A DNA stretch of 64,000 bases from an uncultured Candidatus Binatia bacterium (GTDB taxonomy: Bacteria > Desulfobacterota > Binatia > UBA9968 > JAJDTQ01). Location: positions 2,656,001 through 2,720,000 of the forward strand of contig OZ219754.1 in NCBI GenBank assembly GCA_964291295.2, in the 5' to 3' direction. Positions 1-9,009 of this stretch are shown here, piece after piece. Under the pieces are notes generated by a model. That model searched no databases. It had not been told where the DNA came from and saw only the letters and a list, made by a program, of their open reading frames with translations. Each line of letters opens with the position of its first letter. Position 1 is the stretch's first letter. The position numbers were made by a program, and so were the translations under genes.

Positions 1-1080
1 TCCTTCCGACATCTTCCTCATGGCGATGAACACGTTCATGAGGGCGTGCCGGCCGTTCTTGCACACCGCCGTCACCCCGGGCACCGCCTCGCGGCAGCGG
101 CGCAGATAGGCCCCTTCCCGGGCCAGATCCATCCAGGGCTTGTCGCCGTCGGGAGTGATGACCGACTGATGGATGGCGTCCCGGCGGCGAGTGACGGCGT
201 GCACCTCCAGTGCGGCCGACTGCCGGAAGCCTTGGGGCCCGACATAGCCGTGGACTTCTCCGAACGGCCCCTCGACTACGCGCTTCCCGGGCACCAGCAC
301 GCCTTCGATGACGATCTCCGCGTCCGCCGGCACCATCAGCCGATCGCCAAAGGTCTCGGACGGCGTCAGGCGCAGCGGTTCCCGCAGATAGCCGCCGATG
401 ATCTCGAATTCGTCCGTTTCGAACGGTCCGCGGTAGCAGGCTCCGATGTTGAATGCGGGATGATGGCCGGTCACCGCCGCCACCGGGCATGCCTCCCCGT
501 TCTCCTCATAGTCCCGGAAGATGCGCCACAGGTGTTGCAGCGACAGGTAGAACCCGGTGTGGTTCCGGTCCTTCACCTCCATGCGATGGTAGGAGACGTT
601 GTACACGCCGGAAGTGCGGTGCCGGCCAATGCTGGGCATGTCGATGTAGGGGCCGCCATCCATCGCGTGGTGGCGCATGACCGGAAGCTCGAAGAGATCC
701 ACCGCCGCACCGCGCCGGATGACCTGCCGCACCGGCGCCTCGTTCCCGTCCACCACCACCGGCGGGATGGGGCTGGCCTCCCGCCTCAGGCATTCCAGGG
801 CCAGTTCGGCTCGATTCATCTCCGGCGGCACCCCGAGGGCGGTCTGGAACTTGCCCATGGAGACTTCACAGTTCATGGCGAGCCGGACCGCGGACGTGTT
901 CCCGCGGAGATCGGCAGGCCGCTCGAAGAGCAGCACCGGGAACAGCTTGCGATCCGCCAGCTGCGCCATCAGTGCGGAAACGTCATGGCGCGCCGGATTC
1001 ACCGGCCGGGTGACCTGAACCACCTCCCCGGGCCGCCGGCGTCGAAGGTCGTCAAGAAAGGTGCGTAGACTCTTGGCCAT
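1..1080 (-). CDS. UbiD-family (prFMN-dependent) decarboxylase, 3' end runs off the window
   Basis: Hand translation from ATG at 1080: MAKSLRTFLDDLRRRRPGEVVQVTRPVNP...DGGPYID...YNVSYHR...PADAEIVIEG...VEGPFGEVHGY. These are the UbiD Arg and EGPFxE motifs. Absent from the ORF track because it is truncated. Confidence 0.9.
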   Translation of the reverse strand, partial: MAKSLRTFLDDLRRRRPGEVVQVTRPVNPARHDVSALMAQLADRKLFPVLLFERPADLRGNTSAVRLAMNCEVSMGKFQTALGVPPEMNRAELALECLRREASPIPPVVVDGNEAPVRQVIRRGAAVDLFELPVMRHHAMDGGPYIDMPSIGRHRTSGVYNVSYHRMEVKDRNHTGFYLSLQHLWRIFRDYEENGEACPVAAVTGHHPAFNIGACYRGPFETDEFEIIGGYLREPLRLTPSETFGDRLMVPADAEIVIEGVLVPGKRVVEGPFGEVHGYVGPQGFRQSAALEVHAVTRRRDAIHQSVITPDGDKPWMDLAREGAYLRRCREAVPGVTAVCKNGRHALMNVFIAMRKMSEG

Positions 1081-1109
1081 GAGCGTGCCTGCCGGCGCGC
1101 CGGCTCGGG

Positions 1110-1856
1110 TCAGTGGACGATGTCGCCACCGTCCACCACCAGGGTCTGGCCGGTGACGAAGTCGCTGTCCGGCGAGGCCAGGTAGAGCACCGCGCCGGTG
1201 AGATCCCCGGGCACCTGCCGCCGTTTGATGGACCTCACCTTCACCCGGCTCGCCGAGACCTCGGCGGGGACGGTCTGACCCTCGTGTTCTACCAGGCCGG
1301 GGGCGATGGCGTTGACGTTGATGCCCCAGCCCCCGAGCTCCCGGGCCATGGAACGGGTCATGCCGATCAGCGCCGCCTTGGAGGCGACGTAGTGAAGGAA
1401 GTTCGGCGTGCCGGCCATTGCGGTGTTGGAGGAGATGTTGATGATCTTTCCGCCGCCCTGGCCGCGCATGGACGGCAGCACCGCCCTGGCGCAGAGGAAG
1501 ACCCCCTTGATGTTCACCGCCGTGACCCGGTCCCACTCCTCGACGGAGATTTTGTGGAACGGCCGTCGGTGGATGCCCAGGTAGATGGCGGCGTTGTTGA
1601 CCAGCACGTCCACGCGCCCGAAGGCGTCGATGGTGGTTTGCGCCATGCGCAGGGTGTCGTCCTCGCGTGAGACGTCCACCGTCACCGCCACGGCCTGTCC
1701 GCCGGCTTCCTGGATGTCCCGGGCTGCGGCGGTGCCGTCCAGCATGTCCGCCACCACCACCCGGGCGCCTTCCGCGGCCAGCGCCCTGGCGTAGACCGCG
1801 CCGATGTTGCGCGCGCCGCCGGTGACGATGGCCACCTTGTCGTCAAGTCGTCCCAT
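1110..1856 (-). CDS. Short-chain dehydrogenase/reductase (SDR)
   Basis: TGGARNIG, NNAA and YVASK catalytic motifs. Confidence 0.95.
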   Translation of the reverse strand: MGRLDDKVAIVTGGARNIGAVYARALAAEGARVVVADMLDGTAAARDIQEAGGQAVAVTVDVSREDDTLRMAQTTIDAFGRVDVLVNNAAIYLGIHRRPFHKISVEEWDRVTAVNIKGVFLCARAVLPSMRGQGGGKIINISSNTAMAGTPNFLHYVASKAALIGMTRSMARELGGWGINVNAIAPGLVEHEGQTVPAEVSASRVKVRSIKRRQVPGDLTGAVLYLASPDSDFVTGQTLVVDGGDIVH

Positions 1857-1957
1857 GTCCGATCCACGATTCCGAAGCCGGCATCCCCGTGCTCCGGCGC
1901 TCCCCTTGTCGCTTCCGCGGCGGCGGCCGTCCGGGCGGAGTCGGCCCGCCGCGCGGC

Positions 1958-3589
1958 CTATACCGCCGCGTTCATCTCACGAAGCTGCCGCCTCAGATCC
2001 AGCGGTTCCCACCAGAGCTTCAGGTCCAGGTCGCGGGCGATGATCTGGGCCGCGTTGTACCCGGGGGCACCGGTGATGTTGCCGCCGGGATGGCACGAGG
2101 AACCGCACATGTAGAGTCCCGGCAACGGTGTGCGGTAGTGGCTCCAGCCGGGAAAGGGGCGGTTCTCCAGGGCCTGGTCGCCGGAATACTCGCCCACCAT
2201 CCAGTCACCCTCGTACATGTTGCGGTCGTGCCGCTCGATATCCAACGGCGTCGTGGAGTCCCGTGAAAGGATGTTGTCGTCGACAAGATTGGGCGCGTAC
2301 TGGCGCCATACCTCCAGTTGCCGTTCGAACCATTCCGTCCGGGCACTGTCCCAGTTGAGCGGATTGCCCCACAGGTTGTAGGGGGCCAGTTGCCACATGA
2401 ACGCGGTGGCCTTGCCCGGCGGTGCCTGGGTCGGGTCGTGATGGGAGGGCGTGGCGCCGTTCATGAAGGGTTTGCGCGGCAACTGTCCGGTGCGGCAGTC
2501 CTCGAACAGGTTGCGCAGCTCCTCATAGGTTTCCAGGCCGACGATGTGCATGAAGCTGTCGGCCACTTCCGGGTGCGCGTCCTCGGTGAGGTACCGGGGG
2601 CGTTCGTGCAGCGCCAGATTGGTGGCGAAGATCGGCGTGGTCTTCGAGAAGCGGAAGCCGCTGGCCTTGGCGTGGAACTCCGGCTCGAGGTTCTCCGATC
2701 CCACCAGCTTGATGAAGGTCTCCACCGGGTTGACGTTGGAGGCGATGAAGCGTTTCGCCTGCACCACCGTCCCGTCTTCCAGCACCACCGCGGTGGCGCG
2801 CCCCCCTTCCACCAGGATGCGTTCCACGCCCACCGCCTCGATGTAGTCGACCCCGTTGTGCGAGAGCATGTGCGCCAGGTTGTCCCCCAGGGCGTGGGAG
2901 GTGCCGCGGCAGAGCTGCGGATTGACTCCCCAGGCGATCATGGCCGGGACCAGGTAGCCGGTGTCGGGCGCGTCCAGTTCATAGCCCCGCATGACCGCCA
3001 GGAAGCCGATGAACGCCCGCACCCGGGTATGCTCGAAGTGCTCCAGAATGAACTGTTCCGGAGTGGTGCCGAAGTAGCGCAGGTACTCCCGGCCCTCGGG
3101 CAGGCGTTCGAGCAGTGGCCGCTTCTCGCTCATGGGGATGGGCGGGCAGTAGGTTTCGGGGAACACGATGTTCTTCACCACCGGCTGCCAGCGGGTCCAG
3201 ATGTCCCGGAAAGTGTCGGCGTCCCGGCGGGAGAACGGCTCGATGGTGGCGATGGTGCGCTCCACGTCGGCGAACCAGCCCAGGAAGGTACGGTCCGGGA
3301 AATGCTGCACCACGCCGGGGTCGGGCTTGTAGTAGTGGATGCCCATGCGCTCCATCTCGAGGTCCTGGAACCACGGGAGCTGCATCAGGCCGCGATGGAA
3401 CACGGAGTGGATATTGTGCCAGAACCCGGGATGGTTCCGGTCCTCGTGGGAATCCAGCCCGCCGCCCACCTCCATGTTCTTCTCGACCACGAGGATCTTC
3501 TGCCCGGACTTGCCCAAGTAGCCGGCGCAGATCATGCCGTTGTGGCCCGCGCCGATCACCACACCGTCGTAGTGCATCACTTTCGCCAC
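1958..3589 (-). CDS. FAD-dependent oxidoreductase, phytoene-dehydrogenase-like (COG1233)
   Basis: N-terminal IGAGHNG...VVE...GG; C-terminal YRTPLPGLYMCGSSCHPGGNITGAPGYNAA. Confidence 0.9.
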   Translation of the reverse strand: MAKVMHYDGVVIGAGHNGMICAGYLGKSGQKILVVEKNMEVGGGLDSHEDRNHPGFWHNIHSVFHRGLMQLPWFQDLEMERMGIHYYKPDPGVVQHFPDRTFLGWFADVERTIATIEPFSRRDADTFRDIWTRWQPVVKNIVFPETYCPPIPMSEKRPLLERLPEGREYLRYFGTTPEQFILEHFEHTRVRAFIGFLAVMRGYELDAPDTGYLVPAMIAWGVNPQLCRGTSHALGDNLAHMLSHNGVDYIEAVGVERILVEGGRATAVVLEDGTVVQAKRFIASNVNPVETFIKLVGSENLEPEFHAKASGFRFSKTTPIFATNLALHERPRYLTEDAHPEVADSFMHIVGLETYEELRNLFEDCRTGQLPRKPFMNGATPSHHDPTQAPPGKATAFMWQLAPYNLWGNPLNWDSARTEWFERQLEVWRQYAPNLVDDNILSRDSTTPLDIERHDRNMYEGDWMVGEYSGDQALENRPFPGWSHYRTPLPGLYMCGSSCHPGGNITGAPGYNAAQIIARDLDLKLWWEPLDLRRQLREMNAAV

Positions 3590-3592
3590 GCT

Positions 3593-5179
3593 TCACCCGC
3601 CTTCCAGATTCAGGTCCTGCCGCATGACGCTCCAGGCGGCCCTGCCGGAGCCGGCCAGGACCGCGTCCGCGGGATGCGTGGCCACACCGACCTGATAGAG
3701 TCCCGCGATGGGTGTCCGGTAATGCGCGAGCTGCGGGATGGGACGGTTCTCGCCCATCTGGTCCGCAGTCTTGCGCGCCACCCACACCGAACCGCGCCGC
3801 ATGTTCTGCCAGCGCCCGGCCAGATAGTGCGGGTCCATGGGCACCTTCATGATGATGTTGTCGTCCGTCAGATTGGTGGCCGCGCCGCGGAGCGCCGCCA
3901 GCACGCGCTCCATGAGATCGCTCCTGAGTGCGCTCCAGGCCTCCGGTCGATGTCCGTCGAGCTGGTACGGGACGGGCATGAACACGGACGCCGTGTGCTT
4001 TGCCGGGGGGGCCTGCAAAGGGTCGAACCAGGTGGGACAGGTGACATGGAGGCAGGGGTGTTCCGGGAACTCGCCGGCCCGGATCTCGCGCCACATCTGC
4101 TTGAGGTCGTCGGTGGAGCAGGGGCCGCAGCTGACGTTCATGGCCTTGCCCACCGCCCCGTCGGCGGCCTCGTGAAGCGCGAACCGCAGCGGCGCCTTGA
4201 GCGCCAGATGGACCTGGAAGCAGGAGAATTCGTCCGGCTCGATGGCGCGCACCGCCTGTGTGAAGGCTTCTTCCAGATGCTCTTCGCCCACCATCTCGAC
4301 GAAGGTGCCGCAAGGGTCGACGTTGGAGACCACCGCCAGCCGGGCCTTCCATTCGCGGCCATCGCGCAGGCGCACGCCGGTGGCGCGTCCGTCCTCCACC
4401 AGGATCTTGTCCACGTGGTGGAGCGCGCGGATCTGGCCGCCGTTCCCGACATAGGCGCGCTGCAGCACTTGGGCGATGGAGTGGGAGCCGCCCCGGGCCA
4501 GCTGCGGCCGCTCGTCCCCGGCCATCAACGCCAGTATCTCCCGCCCGCCGCCCGGGTAGTCGATGGCCCAGCCGCGCGGAATGGCCATCTGCGAGAGCAC
4601 CAGGGTTCGCACCGCCTCGCTGACGAACAGGTGCTCGGCCAGATCGGCCGGGCTCATGCGGGAGAGGCGCAGGAAGTCCGCGCCCTCCGGATGGTTTTCG
4701 ATGCGTGCGTCAAGCGCGCCCCCAGCCTCGGGCGGCGCGTAACAGGAAGGTATGACGATGTCCCGGATGATATCCCGGAAGCGCCGGTGGGCGTCCTTCC
4801 AGACCGCGGCGTCGCCGGTGGAGTGGCGCGCCACGGAGGCCGCCGTTTCGGCGATCTCCTGATGGTGCGAGACCGAGGCGCCGTCGGGCAGCAGCAGCGA
4901 ACTGATGACCGGGGGGGTGACGAACTCGGCGTGGTGGCCGTTTTCCCAGTCGAGCTCTTCCCAGACCGGGGAGATCGCGCGGTTGTCCTGGAAGTAGGCC
5001 AGACTGTTGTGCCAGTAGCCGGGGAGGGTGATCTCCTCGGAGAAGAGCCGCCCGCCGTTTTCCAGCCGGCTTTCGCAGATGACGGTCTCAAGCCCCGCCA
5101 TGCCCAGATAGGTGCCCAGCGCGAAATTGTTCTGCCCCGCGCCAATGAGAATGACGTCCCAGTCCTGGTCCACGGCCAT
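3593..5179 (-). CDS. Second COG1233 FAD-dependent oxidoreductase with degenerate motifs
   Basis: IGAGQNN, DPLQAPPAKHTA, YRTPIAGLYQVGVATHP; clearly paralogous to the neighbouring gene. Confidence 0.88.
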   Translation of the reverse strand: MAVDQDWDVILIGAGQNNFALGTYLGMAGLETVICESRLENGGRLFSEEITLPGYWHNSLAYFQDNRAISPVWEELDWENGHHAEFVTPPVISSLLLPDGASVSHHQEIAETAASVARHSTGDAAVWKDAHRRFRDIIRDIVIPSCYAPPEAGGALDARIENHPEGADFLRLSRMSPADLAEHLFVSEAVRTLVLSQMAIPRGWAIDYPGGGREILALMAGDERPQLARGGSHSIAQVLQRAYVGNGGQIRALHHVDKILVEDGRATGVRLRDGREWKARLAVVSNVDPCGTFVEMVGEEHLEEAFTQAVRAIEPDEFSCFQVHLALKAPLRFALHEAADGAVGKAMNVSCGPCSTDDLKQMWREIRAGEFPEHPCLHVTCPTWFDPLQAPPAKHTASVFMPVPYQLDGHRPEAWSALRSDLMERVLAALRGAATNLTDDNIIMKVPMDPHYLAGRWQNMRRGSVWVARKTADQMGENRPIPQLAHYRTPIAGLYQVGVATHPADAVLAGSGRAAWSVMRQDLNLEGG

Positions 5180-5215
5180 GGATGATATCCCTTCGAATGT
5201 ATTGGCGGCGCCGGT

Positions 5216-6079
5216 TCAGCCCAGTCTGGCAGCGGCCTGTTCGACGGCACGCCGCACGAACACGGCCACGAGGTCGCGCTTGTAGTCGGACGACCCGCGT
5301 ACGTCCTCGATGGGGTCGGCCGCGGCCGCGGCCGCGGCGCCCGCCTCCTCCAACCGTTCCGGTGTGAGATCCCGGCCGCGCAGGAGATCCTCGGCGGTGC
5401 GGGCGCGGAAGATGGTCGGACTCACGGAGTTCAGGGCGATGCGCACATCGTCGCATCGATGCCTCTCGCCGGTCATGGTCACGGCCACCCCCACGGTGGC
5501 GAAGTCCTCCTCGCTGCGCGGCGTGAACTTGATGTGGGACCACGCCGGTCCGGCCGGAGGTGGCACCCGGACCGAGGTGAGAACCTCGTCGGGTTCCAGC
5601 GCGGTCTCGTAGTAGTCCACAAAGAAGTCCTCGACGGACAGGGTGCGCTCGCCGCGGCTGCTGCGCAGGGTCACCTCCGCATCCAGAGCCATGAAGCTGG
5701 CGCCGGGGTCGGTCAACGGATCGCCGTGGGCAAGGTTGCCGCCCACGGTGGCCATCAGCCGAATGCGCGGTTGCGCCACCTTGCGAAAGGTCTCCCGAAG
5801 CAAGGGGTAGTGTTCCCGCACCTCGGGACACAACTCCAGATCCCGGTGTTTCACGCCCGCGCCGATGCGCAATCCGCCGGCGGGATCGCGGGCGATGCCG
5901 TCGAGGCCCGGGACGCGCTCGAGATCGACGACCACCTTGGGGCTCAGGAGACCCATGCGCAACCACATCACCAGAGCGGTGCCGCCCGCCAGGAGCTTGG
6001 CGTCGCCGGCGTGTTCCTGAATCAGTCCGCAGGCCTCGTCGAGGCTCGTCGGTACAAGATATTCGAACTTGGCCCGCAT
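5216..6079 (-). CDS. Xanthine dehydrogenase/CoxM-family FAD-binding subunit
   Basis: LAGGTAL, RLMATVGGNLA, ADPIEDVRGSSDYK. Confidence 0.93.
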   Translation of the reverse strand: MRAKFEYLVPTSLDEACGLIQEHAGDAKLLAGGTALVMWLRMGLLSPKVVVDLERVPGLDGIARDPAGGLRIGAGVKHRDLELCPEVREHYPLLRETFRKVAQPRIRLMATVGGNLAHGDPLTDPGASFMALDAEVTLRSSRGERTLSVEDFFVDYYETALEPDEVLTSVRVPPPAGPAWSHIKFTPRSEEDFATVGVAVTMTGERHRCDDVRIALNSVSPTIFRARTAEDLLRGRDLTPERLEEAGAAAAAAADPIEDVRGSSDYKRDLVAVFVRRAVEQAAARLG

Positions 6080-6082
6080 GGT

Positions 6083-8377
6083 TCAACTCCCGTTCTGCTG
6101 TCGTTTCTTCTCCTGGATGGCGCGTCGCACCTTTTCCGCGGTGATGGGGAGTGTCGTGATGCGCACCCCCACGGCGTCGTGGATGGCGTTGCTGATGATG
6201 GCCGCCACCGGGTCCATGCCAAGCTCCCCCAGCCCCTTGGCCCCGAACGGGCCAGTGGGCTCGTAGGAGTCCGCGAACTCGTGCACCAGATCGGGCATGT
6301 CACGCATGGATGCCAGCCGGTAGTCGCTGAAGTTGGGGTTGACCGGGCGGCCCTCTTCCATGCGGATGCCTTCGATGAGCGCGTAGCCCAGCCCCTGGGC
6401 GATGGAACCCTCCACCTGGCCCTCGGCGCCGACGGGATAGATCACCGTGCCGCAGTCCGACGCCACCGCGTACTGGATTACCGTCACCTGGCCGGTATCG
6501 GGATCCACCTCCACCTCCGCCGCCTGGGCGCCGAAGTTGTAGGCGCCCGACTCGTTGCCGTAGCGCAGCGCGTCCTGGCTCACGGAGTCGGCGTCGAAGC
6601 TGCCCGAGGCCACCACCGGAGCGCCGCCGCGCCGGAACTGCCGTCCCCGCACCACGTCGGCCACGCTGATGGAGCGCTGCTCCGCCCCCTTGACGAAAAT
6701 GAAGCCGTCCCGCGACACCAGGTCGGAGGGGTCGGCCTCCAGCATCTCGGAGGCGGTATCCAGCAGGATCTTCCGCACGTTGCTGGCCGCGTTCTTGACC
6801 GCGTTGCCGGCCACATAGGTGAGACGGCTGGCGTAGTTGCCGAGACAGAAGGTGGTCAGGTCGGTGTCGGCGGCGGAAATCGCCACGTCGGAAAATGGGA
6901 TGCCCAACTCCTCGGCGGCGATCTGGCACATGGCGGTCCAGTGTCCCTGGCCGGTTTCGCCCTCGCCGCTCAGGATAAAGGCCTTGCCATCCTCGTTCAT
7001 CTTGATGGTGGCCGAACTGCCGTCGTAGTCGCCGAAGTGGCGCTTGCCGCTCACGTGCACGGTGCAGCCCATGCCCAGGCCGCGATTGGCCTTGGGGTTG
7101 GCGCGTTTCTCCTTCCACCCGATCATGCGTTCGGTGCGGTCGATGCACTGCTTGAGCTCGCAGCTTATGACCCGGTTGCCGTGGGGCGAGACGTAGCCCT
7201 CTTCGGCGGCGTTGAGGCGCGCCATCTCGAAGGGATCCATGCCCAGTTCGTCGGCGGCGATGTCCATCATCTGCTCCACGGCAAACTCCGCCGACGGGTT
7301 GCCGAAGCCGCGGAAGGCGCCGGTGGGGATCTTGTTGGTGTAGACCAGATAGGCCTCGGAGCGGACGTCCGAGTATTTGTAACAGGTGTCGTGGCGCAGC
7401 GCCGCCACCCCGGTGATGGCCGGCGCCTTGCCGCTGTAGGCGCCGTTGTCGGCGATGACGCGCATGTGTTTGGCGCGGATCCGGCCGTCGCTCTTGAAGC
7501 CCATGCGCACCCACACCTTCATGTTCACCCGCGGTCGGCTGCCGGCAAGGAACTCTTCCTCCCGGGTGTTGATGATCTTCACCGGACGGCGTGCCTTGCG
7601 CGCCAGGATGGCGGCGACCATGGCGTTGTTGTCGTCACAGGACTTGCCGCCGAAGCCGCCGCCCACCGCCGTCTGAATGACGCGCACGTCGGCCTCCCGC
7701 ACTCCCAGGGCGGTGGCGAGGCGCATGCGGGCCATGAACAGCGTCTGGGTGTTCATGTACACCGTGTACTTTCCGCTGGCCGAGCATTCGGCGACGCTGC
7801 CGATGGTCTCGATGGCCGAGTGCCACTGGGGCACGCTCTCGAAGTTGTCCTCGATGACCAGGTCGGAGTCCCTGAAGGCGGCGTCGATGTCGCCCCGTTC
7901 CACGTCGATGGTGAGCGCGATGTTGCTCCCCTTCTCTTCGTGGATCAGGGGCGCGCCGTCCCGCATGGCCTCGGCGGCGTCGAACACCCCAGGCAACTCC
8001 TCCCAGTCCACGTCGATCAACTCCAGCGCCTGCTCCGCGGTGTCGCGGTCGATGGCCGCCACCGCCGCCACCTCCTCGCCCACATAGCGGGCCTTGCCCA
8101 CGGACAGCGGGTACTGGTCGGGGAAGAAGACACCCCAGCCTTTCTTGATGGTGTCTTCCGCGGTGACCACCGCCTTGACGCCGCGCAGCTTCTCCGCCCG
8201 GCTGGTGTCTATGTGGCGGATGCGGGCGTGGGGCAGGGGACTCCTGAGAATCCGGCCGGTCAACATACCGGGCAGAAAGACGTCAGCCACGTAGGCCGCG
8301 CTGCCCGTTACCTTGTCGTGCCCCTCGAAACGGTCGACATTCCGGCCCAGTACCGTGAATTTCTCTGCCTTGCTCAT
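6083..8377 (-). CDS. Xanthine dehydrogenase-family molybdopterin-binding large subunit
   Basis: Start re-assigned to MSKAEKF (ATG 8377). KVTGSAAY, GGGFGGK, GAFRGFG, GAKGLGE (catalytic Glu present). Lacks the CO-dehydrogenase AYxCSFR loop. Confidence 0.93.
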   Translation of the reverse strand: MSKAEKFTVLGRNVDRFEGHDKVTGSAAYVADVFLPGMLTGRILRSPLPHARIRHIDTSRAEKLRGVKAVVTAEDTIKKGWGVFFPDQYPLSVGKARYVGEEVAAVAAIDRDTAEQALELIDVDWEELPGVFDAAEAMRDGAPLIHEEKGSNIALTIDVERGDIDAAFRDSDLVIEDNFESVPQWHSAIETIGSVAECSASGKYTVYMNTQTLFMARMRLATALGVREADVRVIQTAVGGGFGGKSCDDNNAMVAAILARKARRPVKIINTREEEFLAGSRPRVNMKVWVRMGFKSDGRIRAKHMRVIADNGAYSGKAPAITGVAALRHDTCYKYSDVRSEAYLVYTNKIPTGAFRGFGNPSAEFAVEQMMDIAADELGMDPFEMARLNAAEEGYVSPHGNRVISCELKQCIDRTERMIGWKEKRANPKANRGLGMGCTVHVSGKRHFGDYDGSSATIKMNEDGKAFILSGEGETGQGHWTAMCQIAAEELGIPFSDVAISAADTDLTTFCLGNYASRLTYVAGNAVKNAASNVRKILLDTASEMLEADPSDLVSRDGFIFVKGAEQRSISVADVVRGRQFRRGGAPVVASGSFDADSVSQDALRYGNESGAYNFGAQAAEVEVDPDTGQVTVIQYAVASDCGTVIYPVGAEGQVEGSIAQGLGYALIEGIRMEEGRPVNPNFSDYRLASMRDMPDLVHEFADSYEPTGPFGAKGLGELGMDPVAAIISNAIHDAVGVRITTLPITAEKVRRAIQEKKRQQNGS

Positions 8378-8435
8378 GTCGCTCCCAAGGCCGCGGCGGC
8401 GGGATGACGGCCGCGGCGGTGTCCGGCCGAGTGCG

Positions 8436-8990
8436 CTAGTCGGATGCGCTGCTCTTGTAGGTGTCGGACTGATAGAGGCTCTGAATCCTGGCTTGACGTA
8501 CCGAGCCGTCGTCCCGGTCGCGCTCCACCCTGCCTTCCACCACGGCCATGACCGATTCGAGGATCTTGTAGTAGCCGGTGCAGCGGCACAGATTGGCCGA
8601 CATCCACTCCTTGACCTCGCTGGTGGTCGGGTGTGGATTCCGGTCCAGCAAAGCCTTGGCGGCCATGATCTGACCCGGGGTGCAGATGCCGCACTGAAAG
8701 CCGCCGTACTGCACGAACGCCCGCTGGAGCGGATGCAACTCGCCCTCCGGGGCCAGCCCCTCAATGGTCTCGATCTCCTTGCCTTCGCAGGTGACGGCCA
8801 GCGTCAGGCACGCGCTCACCAGGCGGCCGTCCACGATCACGCTGCACGCCCCGCACACGCCGATGCTGCAACCTTCCTTGGTGCCGGTGAGGCCGGCATC
8901 TTCGCGCAAGGCCTCCAGCAGCAGGCGGTCGGGCTCGACCTCGATATCGTGCTCCTCGCCGTTGACGTTCAGTACCAGTTGTCTCTTCAT
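8436..8990 (-). CDS. Xanthine dehydrogenase-family [2Fe-2S] small subunit
   Basis: GCSIGVCGAC...C, QCGIC, NLCRCTGY; start may be 8990, 8999 or 9002. Confidence 0.95.
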   Translation of the reverse strand: MKRQLVLNVNGEEHDIEVEPDRLLLEALREDAGLTGTKEGCSIGVCGACSVIVDGRLVSACLTLAVTCEGKEIETIEGLAPEGELHPLQRAFVQYGGFQCGICTPGQIMAAKALLDRNPHPTTSEVKEWMSANLCRCTGYYKILESVMAVVEGRVERDRDDGSVRQARIQSLYQSDTYKSSASD

Positions 8991-9009
8991 TGCCGGCATC
9001 ACCTCACCG

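Noticed and set aside
46-1068. 340-aa plus-strand ORF
   Set aside because: Antisense shadow of the minus-strand UbiD gene; no motifs
8378-8764. Apparent N-terminal extension of the Mo subunit overlapping the 2Fe-2S gene
   Set aside because: Off-frame read-through; the real start is MSKAEK at 8377 with an SD-like GGAG
5216-8990. Aerobic CO dehydrogenase (coxMSL)
   Set aside because: The large subunit lacks the AYxCSFR active-site loop and reads GAFRGFG
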